A stretch of 64,000 nt of DNA from Klebsormidium nitens (taxonomy: Eukaryota; Plantae; Klebsormidiophyceae): assembly GCA_000708835.1 (NCBI GenBank), contig DF237356.1, positions 1 through 64,000 of the forward strand, written 5' to 3'. This document shows positions 35,601-47,659 of the stretch, piece by piece. Within the stretch, counting starts at the first letter, position 1; every line of letters begins with the position of its first letter. The notes under the pieces were generated by a model. It saw only the letters and a list, made by a program, of their open reading frames with translations, had not been told where the DNA came from and searched no databases. Made by a program: the position numbers and the translations under genes.

Positions 35601-38600
35601 TGGCGGCTTGAGACTTGCTGAGAATGGCGTACGGCTATCTTGATTTCATCCAAAGACAGACACGGTTTTGCTGGAAAGCTACGGCCTGTTTTTGTCATTA
35701 TCCTGATTTGCGGGCCTAAGTTCTCGCGGTGGCCCTTTTGGTGCGTTGGCTGCCCTCTTGGAGCTCCTTCCTAACATTCATCCGCTGAATTAGTAAAGAG
35801 GGTCGAACTCGATGAAAGGTCGATCACATAATCTCGAACTGCGGCAACCTCAGCACGAGATGAATTGTCTGGCCAACCAGGATTTTTCTGACGTTGACTG
35901 GGCGGATATCAGGGGTCATGAGGAAAACAGTTTTACTTCGAATAAGGGAGCCTTCAGGTCTGCCTTGCCTTCTTGTAGCCCCTTTTCATTCCAGTGACAG
36001 ACGAGACAATCTGTTTGAAATGACACTTAGGTCCCAGTACTTGATATTCAGCTCGAACTGATCGTCTCGGTCCTTGCGCTCGTATTTCTTCTTGCACAAT
36101 TTAAGCAAAACCCGGGCGTTCTGACTGACGAAGAAAGTGCCCGCAGCTTTCCGCATTTCGATCGATAGTTGAAGAATAAGAAGACTCTAACTGGGACGGG
36201 TGGCGTTATTCGAAGGGTAAGGGTGGGTGCGGATGCGAGTACAGGTGCAGGGCGCGATAACCTCTGGTTTAGCTTATTCGTTAGCCCCAATGCGTATTGT
36301 TCACTGAGCCCATTGTTAACCAAACCGCGAACTATTTGTTTCGCAGACGGCCAGCTCGGTGGCCCTGCCCGGCCCCGCCTCGCGCGTGCGCATTAATTGC
36401 AGCAGTGACCTCGTGCTCGCGCAGTGCGGCAGCCACGTCGTCATCATCCACGTCACGAGCGGCCCCCAGGGGTGAGTAAAACGGAGCAACTTTATTCGTT
36501 TTCGTTTGGATACGGTTGACAGTTCCAAAACAGTTTGTCAAAGGAGGTCCCAGTGTTTTGGCGCAAGAAAACAATTGGGCGCCTATGGTGGCTAGTCTAG
36601 ATAAGGTTCAATGGTCGTCCGAAGCGCCTGGTATGTAGCGAGTCCGTGCTTATTGCAAGCACTATAGCCCGGTTTCGAAAGGTTGGACATTATTGTCCGG
36701 AGCATATTTGTGCAGGAGACTTGAGTGAGCCGGTTCCAGACTCGGCGCACATTGAAACAACTGGGCGATCTGTCTTAGCCTGATCTTCTTTCGTATGAAG
36801 GGAAGGTACAAAGTTTCTGTCATCTGGTAAGCTTATTTCTTTCGGTCCGGGACAAGAACAATTGAACAAAAGTTCTTTGTCGCTTTCCGCAGCCGCAAGA
36901 GCGGCCCCGCCGTCCGCCAGATGTTCCTCTCCCCGGAGGAGGCCGACAAGGCGCGCGCGCCCACCGTCACGGATGACGTCATCTCGTGCCGCTTCAGCCG
37001 CCACCTGCCGAACCGCGTCCTCGTCGTGCAGCGCGCGCGCGCGCAGGGGACCTCGCTGGAGTTCCTGGCGCGCGCGTTCGAGTACCGAGAAGCCGAGGTG
37101 GGCCGCTGACGTCCTAGCATCCGTCATTCTTACGTCACCCTAGATCTCGCTGGCTGCTCGGTATCTGCCGGACTTTTGTTGGTGATTGACCGGAAAGGCA
37201 TGTACCGAGCGGAACGCCCTCGACGCGGCTATCGGCTGCTGACGTCACCATGTCAGGCATCCTGACACGACTCTTAAGTCTCAGGATCTCTGAGCGGTCC
37301 TGACTTTCGTATCCACACGTCGAGGCAGTCAGTAAGCATTCGAGATGCACAGCACTCCAGAGCTGCCCGGATCCCGCTGCTAGTAAAAAGTTTTAGGCAT
37401 TAATTCGAACGGCCGTCCGGTTCTTTTGTAGAAGCCCAGTCGTCTTTCATTCTGAACTGCAATCAAGAGCATGCTTGTCAAGCCCGCAATCTCCAACTTT
37501 GTCTGTTTCAAACTTCGACTACTTGACGTTAAGAGCGACCAATCAGAAGCATCAAGTCGCCGGGCGCCTCAAAAGGTCTCACGTTCCTGCTAATGGAGAC
37601 TAGGACTTTCTTTGAAGTCGTGTCTTTCGGTGATTGTCATCCACCTAAGCCTTGATATCATAGCGTGAAGATCTTTCTGTGTCTTGCAGCGACAACTGGA
37701 CTTGGTGACGTCATCCACCGTCGTCGGCCTCGAGAGCAACGTCACCGCCGTTGCTTGGAGCCCAAGGGAAGATCAGGTATGGACTCAACTTTGTGAAGTT
37801 CCCTAGGTTTCTCGGGATTTCAAAATCATAGAGCAATACGACTTTTCAGATTCAATGTTGCAAGAGAGATGCCTTTTGAAGCTTGAGGTCCACAGGCTTG
37901 CTCTGCAAGGCGAGATAACCAGATCTTTGTTCCTCTGTCTTTCAAGTAAACGTCTCTGCCTCCGGATCTGCCATAAGTGCGAACATAACCGGGCTGCCGA
38001 ATGCAGTACGAAATAGAGGCCATTTTCTATCACACGTCTGTGCTGACGTTCCAAACAGCACGGGCAGACAAATCAGATGCGTCCACCATTGCACTCAAAT
38101 GCGGAGGAATCGCGTTGCGCTTGCCAGAGGAAGAAAGTGAATGAGATCCGGAGATGCGACTTGAAAAGTAAGTATCCACCTGCGATAAGTGCTGACGTCA
38201 GCATCAATTGCCGACGCAGGTTGTTTTGGGCACGCGCGACGGGGGCATCTTTTTGCACGACCTCGGACGGGGCACGCTGCGGACGGTGCCGGGCTGCGGA
38301 CGAGGAGAGGTGAGCGTCCGCCTTCGGATTCGGTAACTCGTCTTTACCAGCCAGATTCGGAGTCAAATGAAGTACTCCATTGCATCTGTGTTAAACTCGA
38401 GTTCGGCTCCTGTTTCTCGTTGGGGCTCCTTTGACTGCAAAGGAAGAAACTCTTATCTGGGGTTTCCGGAAACATGAAACGCTTCATGCGACACCGTGGA
38501 AAACAAAGCACACGTCTGAAATAGAATTCAGCTGAAGCAGAACTGTACGCTCTTGCTTCTCAGACGGCACTTGCGAGGCTGCCTAGCAAAGCTCAGCTTC

Positions 38601-41600
38601 TGCAAAAGTTAAATTGAGACTGTAACTTTCCAGTGTACAAGAATTTTCTCGAGCACTCCGTATCGGTATTGACACCTCATGATCTCGTTCAAGAAGTCTC
38701 GTCGAAGGTATTTATGTGCCGATCTCGTCTTGCGTACCCAACGTCTCAGGCACTCTGCTTTGTCTCCAGGTCGACTTGCTAACGTGGCATCCGGACGGCG
38801 CCCTGATCGCGGCCGCTTTCGGCAACGGCGAGGTTCTGTTCTTGGACGGTGCGCTACAGCGGACGGAATTGGAGTCCGATCTGAAGCCGGCGCTCGAGAG
38901 CCTACACCTGTCCAAAGTGCACGGGTGAGTGTACCGGGCACTTCTTTTGAGTAAGCCGTGAGAGGTTTCCCGGACGCCCGACGAGCTGGTGTTTTGTTTC
39001 CAGCCCGTTAAGGGCAAAACGAGACTACTTGCAGGAGTTCAGCTGTAGATGTCTGACGGACTTGAGTGCCTACACCTGTTCAAGCTGCAAGGGTGAGTGT
39101 ACCGGCCTAGTGATGGGTGATTGTATCAGATTCTACAGACGTCCGGTCAATAGATAGATCTCTTTTCTAGCTTTCCGAGTTCCGAAAGTGACTGATTGCG
39201 CACATTCTAGTTCGAATCGAAGAGTAGGACGGATTTGTAAGGCTGCACCTGTCCAAGTTCCTTGAAGCACAAGAGTGAGAGGAAGAGTGGCTATGCCAAC
39301 CTTGAGACAGTCTACAGACACCCCGTCAACAGATAGGTTCGGAACGAGCGACAAAGGGCGAGACTTTTGCAGCACTTTTCAAGAATCTTATAGTGGGCGT
39401 ACGGCATGCATGTACAACCTCGGTTGCATGGTGCCAAGACCCTTTGCGGCGCAACATCATTGCCGTTGAAAAGACCATAACGCCGTCGGAGATATTGGCT
39501 GACGTCAGGCAAACTTGAAGCCCACTTAAGATATACGACGGTTCGAGAGTCTTCACCGGTCAAGCTGCACTGTCGAGCCGTCCGAAGATACTGATGTAGA
39601 AATCCTACGAAGAACAGACAATTAAACCTCCCAACATTCAAGATTCCGTCAAATCCCCGAACGCGGCTCCTCTACCCTCTCTTCGTGCAATGCGAAGTCC
39701 TCCCCCGAGTGCGCTTGTGACATTGTCCAGCGTACGGTTGTTGCAGGTTTAAGTGTCACGTGGCGCTTTTCGAGTGGGCCGTTCAGCCGGCAAAGCCGGC
39801 GCCGGACTCCGCCGAGGGGAGTTGCCTGCACGCGGCGCTCGTGATGGAGCGGGGTCCGGTAGACGTGCTCCGCTTTCCGGTCCGGAGTTCCGGCGGAAGA
39901 CTGAGGGCGAGGGACGTCGTAAAGCACTATATCGAGGACGGAACGCCGGAAAAGGCGAGTGCTCCCAAGCTCCCAGTGGGGCGGGGGAATTCGGTAATCT
40001 TTTGACGATTATCAAAGATCTTTTTCCGGAGGAGCGACTGATCGGAACGAGATTCGGAAACTTGGAGATGATTTGGACAGGGATGTCGGACTTCCTTGTT
40101 GTGACAAGGCAATCGCGGCTTTAGGAGAACCTGGGTTCTGTGCTCGGGGCTGAGAGCGTTCTAATCCAAAACTGCAGCTTTCTGAAAGCAGCCTGTCAGT
40201 GATAGTGGAAAGTTTAGTGTGAAGAAGGTAGTCGCCTACTGGTGAAGACAACTAATTCGTTATCCGACCGAGACATAAAGTGCAATTCACAGCAGAATGG
40301 GTGCTAAAATTAGGCCCCAAAGTCTTGCCGTCGCTAAGCGTCTGTGCAGGCTCTCAAAGTGGCAGTTGTCCTGCCAAACGGCCCGACATCGGTTTCTAAA
40401 CTAGGCATTGTAAGCTCAGATTATTGAAATGGGAAGGGTAGGGTTAGTAAGCTGGTTAAAGTGGGAACGGGTGCGGAGCGGTGAATATTCGGGTTTAGCT
40501 TCTTAGTGTTAGCTTCGTTCGTACTACAATATGAGCTTACTATAAGAAGTGCTGGCCTGACCCTTATTCTGAAGCTAAACCCTTCTTGCAGGCACTCGAA
40601 GTCGCGGCCGCCCTGCCCGATGCTCTCGAGCGCTACCACTGCCTGCTCCAGATCCTGCCGGCCCTCCTGCGCCAAACCCTCAAACCCCGCGCGGCCGACG
40701 CGCTCCTCGACCGCGCCGCGCAGATGATCGCTTCGCCCACGTGGGATGACGTCAGCCCGCAGCAGCGGGAGGCGCTCCGCGCGCTGGCGCGGCGGTACGG
40801 CCAGAGACTGATCCGCGCGGGGTGCGCGGAGCGCGCGTTTCGACTGGGAAGAAAACTGGAGGTACGATTCCGTTGGAAAATGTTGTTTGGCGGGAAGAAC
40901 TCTCGTACTGGGGTCCTCCCTCATGAAACAGAGAGGAAGTGGGGGTGTGACATCGGTTGGAACTTTTCGGAAAATCGTTGCGAAGAGGTTTCGTTGCTTG
41001 GTTTCTTGACTATTTCGAAAGGAGGGCGGCCATGGATCGTGAAGCTTTCTTGGCGATGAGAGTGATTCGGTTGGCGCCGGGGCGGGACTTTCGCTCTTTT
41101 TCCTGCGCCTTTCTCGGATACCTTTCTCGGTTGAATTTGATTTTTGATTTTTTGATCGCAGACGGCCAAGATCAGGAATCCTTCCCCGTTTTCCAAACGA
41201 CTTCTCCAAGATGAGATCTTGTGGGGCTTTCAAAAACAAAGTCGTTCCTCTAGTCAGATACTCGAGCTTGTAGAATGCGAGAGCACTGTACCATACTGCC
41301 TTTCGAAAGAGCCAAAACCTTTGGCTCTTGGCCATCGCGATTCCGGCCTTCCCTCCTGCAGGGGCGCACGGAGGCTTTGGTAGAGGGACCGGATTACATG
41401 CCCCTTCTGATTCGTTGTATGCGGTTGCGATTAACCTGGTGTTAACGTGACACTTGGAAAGCTCGTAGTATGCGGCTTCGGTTTACCCTGGCTTTTGGGA
41501 CAGCTGGAAAACTAAATCGCGCAAGCTTCTTGAGCTTTCCATGATAATGTTTATTCCATGAGACCTTCCGAAAGGACCAAAGCCTCTTGTTTCTTGTTTC

Positions 41601-41810
41601 TTGTTTCTTCGGAAGGACGACGCTCTCCTTTCGGACGTCCTCGTTTGGGCCGTCCGAAACGACGAGGCCCCGCTTGCGGACGCTGTGAAGCGCCTCATTG
41701 TGCAACCGGCTTTGGGAAACCGGGACGCCGGCGGCGGTCCGCTTTCCGCGGCCGCGAGCTTGCCGACACCCTCCGAGTTCCGCGCGTTAAGTGCATTAGC
41801 TGTATGGTAA
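32616..41810 (+). CDS. WDPCP: WDPCP/Fritz (CPLANE ciliogenesis WD-repeat protein) homologue; 5' end tentative, confident from 33078
   Basis: Colinear similarity to recalled human WDPCP across exons: 33078-33202 KKRRVRERLKEAEKRLQKNQPVALRW (vs RPEKLRDSLKELEELMQNSRCVLSKW); 34191-34314 DVQSIKIDHSV (QLEKVVIDRSL); 35450-35589; LPGPASRVRINCSSDLV (IPGP...LAINCVHDRV); WHPDGALIAAAFGNGEVLFLDGAL (CHPSGAILLVGSNQGELQIFDMAL); MERGPVDVLRF (FERGPLGVLLF); ARRYGQRLIRAGCAERAFRLG; last exon 41616-41810 DALLSDVLVWAVRNDEAPLADAVKR (DLFMDIHYLALDKGELALAEVARKR). Confidence 0.85.
33830..34240 (+). repeat. Four-unit array (102-107 bp) of the acceptor and start of Fritz exon 34191-34314
   Basis: ag|gtcattct(c/t)gag...cctaaccgt-like junctions start at 33879, 33982, 34084 and 34191 (real). 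Confidence 0.92.
34810..35589 (+). repeat. Five-unit array (140-175 bp) of the acceptor and 5' part of Fritz exon 35450-35589
   Basis: ccgtttccgtt(c)...gca(g/c)|c(g)gaca...ccagct(c/g)at(g/c)...cct(c/t)ctctt...gcgc units start at about 34841, 34979, 35119, 35292 and 35450 (real). Confidence 0.95.
38895..39105 (+). repeat. Donor echo of the Fritz exon ending at 38924
   Basis: gcctacacctgt(c/t)caa...gg|gtgagtgtaccgg has donors at 38925 and 39093 (168 bp apart). Confidence 0.88.
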
Positions 41811-43294
41811 AGTCTGCTGTCCTGTACAGCGCGTCTTGTGTCAGTCCGTTGTCTTGGCAACTATAGTACAAGTCTGCAAGAGGAGAAAGGCTTGACAAAA
41901 GCCCACAAATTATATGTTTCGGAGGGTTTGGTCGTCATCCGAGTCGCCTTTCAGGTGAATGAAACATAGCGGCGATTGCGAGTGGCCCGCTTTAAGAAAT
42001 CAACTGGTTTTGGAGGGTTGACGGAGAACGCAAACAAACACGAGTTTTTTGCTCCCCTAGAGAATGTACTAAGAGGATGTGGGAGTACTCGTGTAGAAGG
42101 GCGCAGACACTAGGGTGCCGGGATGTGACGGGCGAGGCTCTCTAGCATGTGGCAGAGGGCCTCGCACTGTCGGCTTCCCCGGGCCAGAATGAAGAGGGTT
42201 CTTTCAATCGTGGTCGTGATTTCCTATCCGCCAGAGCATGTATGGCCCAGAAGACGTCCAGGAATAGATACTTCAGCGGGGCCCGCCATCATGCCACTGG
42301 CCGAACTTTTAGTGGCCCTAAGTTCCCCTTATCGAGCAAGTGGTATACTACTATGGCGTGGCCGACCAGCCTGCCTGGCATTTAACTTGGAGTATGCACA
42401 GCAACGAGAGCATGCAGGGCTTTGCTAACCAGACATCGGTCGTCTCGAAGCTTAGATCATTTCACACCGCGCACTCATTGGCCAGGCTTGGCCCTAAGAA
42501 GCTCTAGCTCACGGACTTTGCATTGAATATACCGTTTAATTGCCAATATGAGAGCCAGATGTCCGCCGGTACGTCCTCGGCGGCCGCCGTCGCGGCATGT
42601 GTAGACATATACATGCGGATTTCAGAATCCTCGAGTTAACGATATACACCATGGGAGGCTAGGCATGATGAAAGGGATCTCATGTGAGTACGTACCAGTT
42701 AGTATCAAAAGCTATAGTAAGCTCATAAGTTCCATGAATGAATTGCGGCCATGTGGAGCCGCGCCTGTGATACATCCGATCAACATGGCACGATATTCAA
42801 CCGACCGTGCATAAGCCATAACACCGATTTTTCGCAGCTATATACGGCATGTGCGATCCTAGCAACTCACGAGGAGGCCCGCTGAGTCTGACTATCTTCT
42901 CGAGCTTTTGGTCGACACAAGCGCAGCACAACTTGAATCGTCACTGCTGGTGACAACATGATCAACATTGAAAATTAGCGTGGCAACATTACAAAACTTC
43001 TAGATTACCGTTTGCTATCGCTTGCAGCTATTATAGACCAGGGCCGCAGCCGCACTTCAACAGCGAGCTTAGGAAACCGCCTTGACTTTCCATGGGGCTT
43101 AACTTGACTTACATTCCTGTACATCGCACCAGACCGTCGCACAACCTTCGTTCGCCCTTCGTTCGACTGTCCTTGTGAATGAGCCATCCGACACCTGCCC
43201 ACGGGCTTGCAACGCCGGAAGTGTCCGTTCGAAGATTTTCGCAGCCGCTGCATTCATCCCCCGAACGCCTCCCACTTACGGACGCTCAAAACGG

Positions 43295-46200
43295 TCACCG
43301 AGACTCCCCGTCCCTAACCGGCAACATCTCTATAATCGCCGGGGATCCCCCGTCGGCCGACTCTTCAGTGGCCACTCTAGTTTCCCGACTTCCTTCTACC
43401 GGCACCGCCCGAACGACTTGGCTCGACTCCCCGCTCCCTTCGACTGGCGACACCCTCCCGGCTTGACTCGACTCGGCCCCCGCCGCAACCCGCGAACTGT
43501 GCCGAACGTCCTCGGTCGCGATACTGATCGCCCCGCTCATCGCCAGCGTTTCCACACTCGGGTTCTCGCTCATTCCGGGTTGGATCACAACCACAAACGA
43601 CCGCCCGTCTTTGCCAACCACGCACGCCTCGTCGCCCCCGGTCTCTTTCCCGGGGTCTAGATTCACCTCGTACATCGGAACGTCGACCACCCGCGCGCGC
43701 ACCCCGCCAGGGGGGACGAACCGCAGCAAACTTCCCCCCCCGACTCGAGATGCCGACATGTGCGCGAGGTTTCGCCGCACGCGCGCACGCGCGAGCCGCC
43801 GGTTGCGGCATATGCCGATCAGGCAGCCGAGGGAGAAGACGACGAGGACGCACGCGAGGACCCCCCCCACCATGACGATCACGCGCACGAAGAGCGTGTT
43901 GCTGAAGTAGCGCTGGAAGTTGTACAGGTCGCAGTACTCGGTGGACGACTGCATGATCTGGAACGTCAGCGGGATGGCGCTCTGGCACCTGCAGGGGGGT
44001 AAGCAAAATCTTCAGAGCGCAGTTCGTCAATGAGTAAAGGACTTGGTTTGGGGGGGGGTTGGACGACTGCATGATCTGGAATGTAAGCGGGATGGAGCTT
44101 TGGCATTTGTATGGGTTAAGAAGAAGGTAAAAGGTAAGAGCTGAGACCCGGATTAACTTGAGGATTGTGTTTGAGGATTTGGACGACTGGCACGGTGAGG
44201 CGTATTGTGCAGGATGGCGCTTCGGCACCTGTCGGGGGGGTAAGAAAAGGTTCGGAGCACATCAACGTTTTGGTTTGAAGACTTGGTTTGGAGTCGCGTT
44301 GGACGACTGCCTGACGTACACTGCAAGTGGCTGGCGCTCATTGGGGGTAGGGGATTCGAGGACTCGACCGCAGACCAGCGGTGTTCTGCACAAGTGTTTG
44401 ATGCCGGAAGAGGAGTTCTTGAGCTGTTTTGATCTGGGGTTGGAAGACTGTTCACCCGACACCTGCACCGAATGGGACTTGAACAGGGGAGGCAGAGAAG
44501 ACCAATGAACTTGATCAAAATTGAGTCAAAAGCGAGCCTTGCACTTCTGCCTTGCTTGAAACGCCCTGAGTACTGGGGCAGAGGAAAGCGGGGGGATCAG
44601 GGCTGAATTTGTGCTCACGTCGGGTTACAAAAGTATTGGGTTTGTACCTTAGGCACCTCGAAGAAGGGGGACAAGAAAACAAAGAGCCAGGCCGGGGATA
44701 TCATACCAAGCCACCCTTGTACAAAAGAAAAGTAGCGGGATGAAAAGCAATCAACTGCTCTAGAACGGAGTGTGACCGATGGCTTTGATATCTTTGCTCG
44801 CTCAAAGGTGCCACCGGATCCGAGCATCAAAGAGCGGATGCGAAGCTCGCGAAAGAGTTCGGGTGATCTTCGCAATGGGAACAGGCCCAAGGCGAAATCA
44901 AAAGCAAGATCACGCTCTCAATTCAAACTTCGAACCTTTTCCAGCCAAAGTGCAAGCTGAAGCTATGGTCCACTTATACATCTCAAGCGGCCATATGTGA
45001 TGCAGAAACAGTCATTCTGAGAAACTCTATCACCGAATGGCAAAGCTATGTTCAGCACAGAAAGTGCATGCAACCTTTGATGCACGCAGCCCTTAACGTC
45101 TCAAATAGCAGACTGCCCATAGTTGGACAAGGTGATTAGCTAAACAAAACCAAGCAAACTTTGATATCTCGGGCTGCAGCAAATCAGTGCACTGTTCGTT
45201 CAGTCTCCCCCGTAGAGGGCTCCCCTCGTGCCAGCAACAAAAGGGGATGCAAACATTCTGCTGAAAGTCCAATGAGTTGCTTTGGAAAGTTGCTAGTTGA
45301 TTCAGTGTGCTGATCAGACTGTAACTATGCGCACGCAATCGCAAATTATTGGACGTAGATACGAGGATCGAAGCAGCACCCACCCCTTAGGGTTTGCTAA
45401 CAGCCCTGTACAAAAGTTGCCGGATACAATCCAATCAAAACTGGGCTCTCTTTTTTTTGGGCTGTGAATCACAGCACACGATTTCCTGAGATTATAAAGA
45501 AGGGGCGATCAGAAAGGGAGAAGAAGGTTGTTCATTCTATCACTGCAAAGAGATCCCCTCAGGCAAAGCGAGTAAAATTGATACGACGAATCCAAGAGGC
45601 AGACTTGAAAGCACAAAGGCAGTTTTCAGTTCAACATGTAACAAGCAACATTACGACCACTCCACACAAACTCAAGGCCAAAGCAAAACCACCAACCAGA
45701 GGCCGTACCTGTTGTACAAGAAGAGCGTGCTCCGCAACTTGTTCTGGCACGCCGCGCTGAGCAGAAAACTCCCGTTTACCAACGAGGATGGCAGCGACCT
45801 CGGGTCAGGAAACGGCCCCCCCGAAACGTTCCAGAACGCGGATGGCAGCGAGGGACACGTAAAGAACGACGTTTGCTGGCGCCCCCCGGCGTCCGCCACA
45901 CTCCCCTGCAGCATTGCGCGTCCCCCCCTCAAATGCACCCCAGATGGACCCCCCTGAAGTGCACCACTCGGGGAACCCCCCCCGGTTTCCCACCCAAAAC
46001 TCCCCCCCTGGAATACGTCCTCAAGAGGACCCGCCTCTTCTTCCTCAAAGAGCCCGGTGATTGGTCGGCGCGCATGGAGCGGTGCCCGACCCAAAAGCGG
46101 CGCCGGAGCGCTCGTCAAGTGCGCGAAACTTCTCAGCAGAATAGAGGAGAACCAGCCCCGAGCACTGGTTTCGCTCCCGCCTACAATGCTGAGCAACCTC

Positions 46201-46505
46201 CGGTTGATCGTGTTGCCAACCCTCGTTGGGACGAGCAGGTTCGACGTCGTGGCGCCCGGGTCCCCCCCGGACGCTACGACCATCACCTGCGGCCCGCCGA
46301 TGGTCACGCATCTAGTTGCCGCGGCTTCATCGGCCGCGAAGAATGTCCCCAAGAACGCGGTGTCGGTGTCTGCCGCCCCTACAGTTAGTAAGCTGCATTG
46401 CAGCGGGGGTGCGGTAAAGCGGAAACTGGTCTCAGCAAAAACTAGGGGTAGCAGAAATGAGGAGAGGAGGAAGAATGCCAGTAGGGGCCTGATTGGTGCT
46501 GACAT
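43295..46505 (-). CDS. Unrecognised two-exon type I membrane protein (signal peptide, Cys-containing ectodomain, TM, low-complexity cytosolic tail)
   Basis: Exon 45709-46505 begins MSAPIRPLLAFFLLSSFLLPLVFA and ends LFLYNR (AG|gtacgg). It joins in phase 2 to 43295-43988 (CQSAIPLTFQIMQSSTEYCDLYNFQRYF...VRVIVMVGGVLACVLVVFSLGCLIGIC-RNRR). Confidence 0.75.
43940..44490 (-). repeat. Acceptor-echo array of exon 2 of the membrane-protein gene
   Basis: tgga(c/a)gactg recurs at about 43941, 44060, 44180, 44300 and 44441. Exon-like starts at 43988 (real), 44106, 44228 and 44462. Confidence 0.88.
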
Positions 46506-47659
46506 GGTGAGGATGAGCTCCTGGGAGGGGTTTGTCTGACGCTCAGGTAGGTTCAAGGCCCCAAAGACAACCCAACGCTTTTGACGGTGTTTTCAGCGCG
46601 CTTTTTCTCAGCGCTGAGAACATGCGCAGGACTCTGAGAGGGAGCAACCCTTATTCGTTCATTGGCGTTCTCAGGAACAGCCTACAAGTTGTAGGTCGAC
46701 CTCGCAGTCTCCGAATCCCAACGATATCAAGCGACGGTTCTGTAGATATTATACGCAAGGGGCAACAATCGAAGTTTGGCTGCTACAAACTTTGCTACTA
46801 CCTAATAGCTCCTTCGCCCCCTGCAAGCTGCGTCCCTGTCCAGCTAGTGCACTGTGCGACACGGTACACCCTTCTGGCAAATGCTTGAAGTTGCAGAACT
46901 TTGAAGCCTGATCAGGCTGATGTCAGATGATTCAAGAAACATTTTTCTAGGTAATATATCTCAGAAGCCAAATGGACTTTCCATCTTTGCGATGCTCGTA
47001 TGTCACCTGATTTTCCAGTGGCTTGTGTTTATTTACAGTGTTGTATCAGATCAAGATGATGTGGAAGTCGCGGCCGCGGATGGATGGGCTTTGACAAAAG
47101 CGCGACTGAATTTACGATTAACAATCATTCAATCTGCAATATGCAATATGCGCGTTGTACCCGCCTTCGGAAAACTGGTATTAGCGCGAGCAGCTAGCGC
47201 AATACCTCCAAATTAGGGTTCCGACATGCCCAGGCCCAGCTGCCAAAGTTGTCCAGGTCCTCGGCAGAGCATTGATTCCGTGTGGGCGACAGCCACTTTT
47301 GAGCTTACTTAGCTTAGTTGCCTTGCAGGTTACTGCTCTTGTCATCACGTTGGCATCTTAGCTGCTGTAAAGGCGATTTCAAATGCTTGAATAAGAGCGA
47401 AGAAAGATATAACGGAATGTAGGACTCACTTTGTGGAAGAGGCGCCTCTTGCAAGCGAGCGGGACAATCGTCCCAATGTTGAAAGAAGCTGCGATTGAAG
47501 CTCATACAATAGAGACTGTAAGAGTCTTGCAATTCAGCCTAGCATGGCCCCCTTTTGCCTTCATTACCAAGACTATATCTCCTCGCAGGAGTGTTGAATC
47601 AAACAATGTGAGCCTTGCGGTTGAGCTTTCAAACGCCGCTTGACTTTCTTTCATCAAGC

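Noticed and set aside
41585-41609. (cttgttt)n short tandem repeat
   Set aside because: It is an ordinary microsatellite forming the pyrimidine tract of the last Fritz intron.
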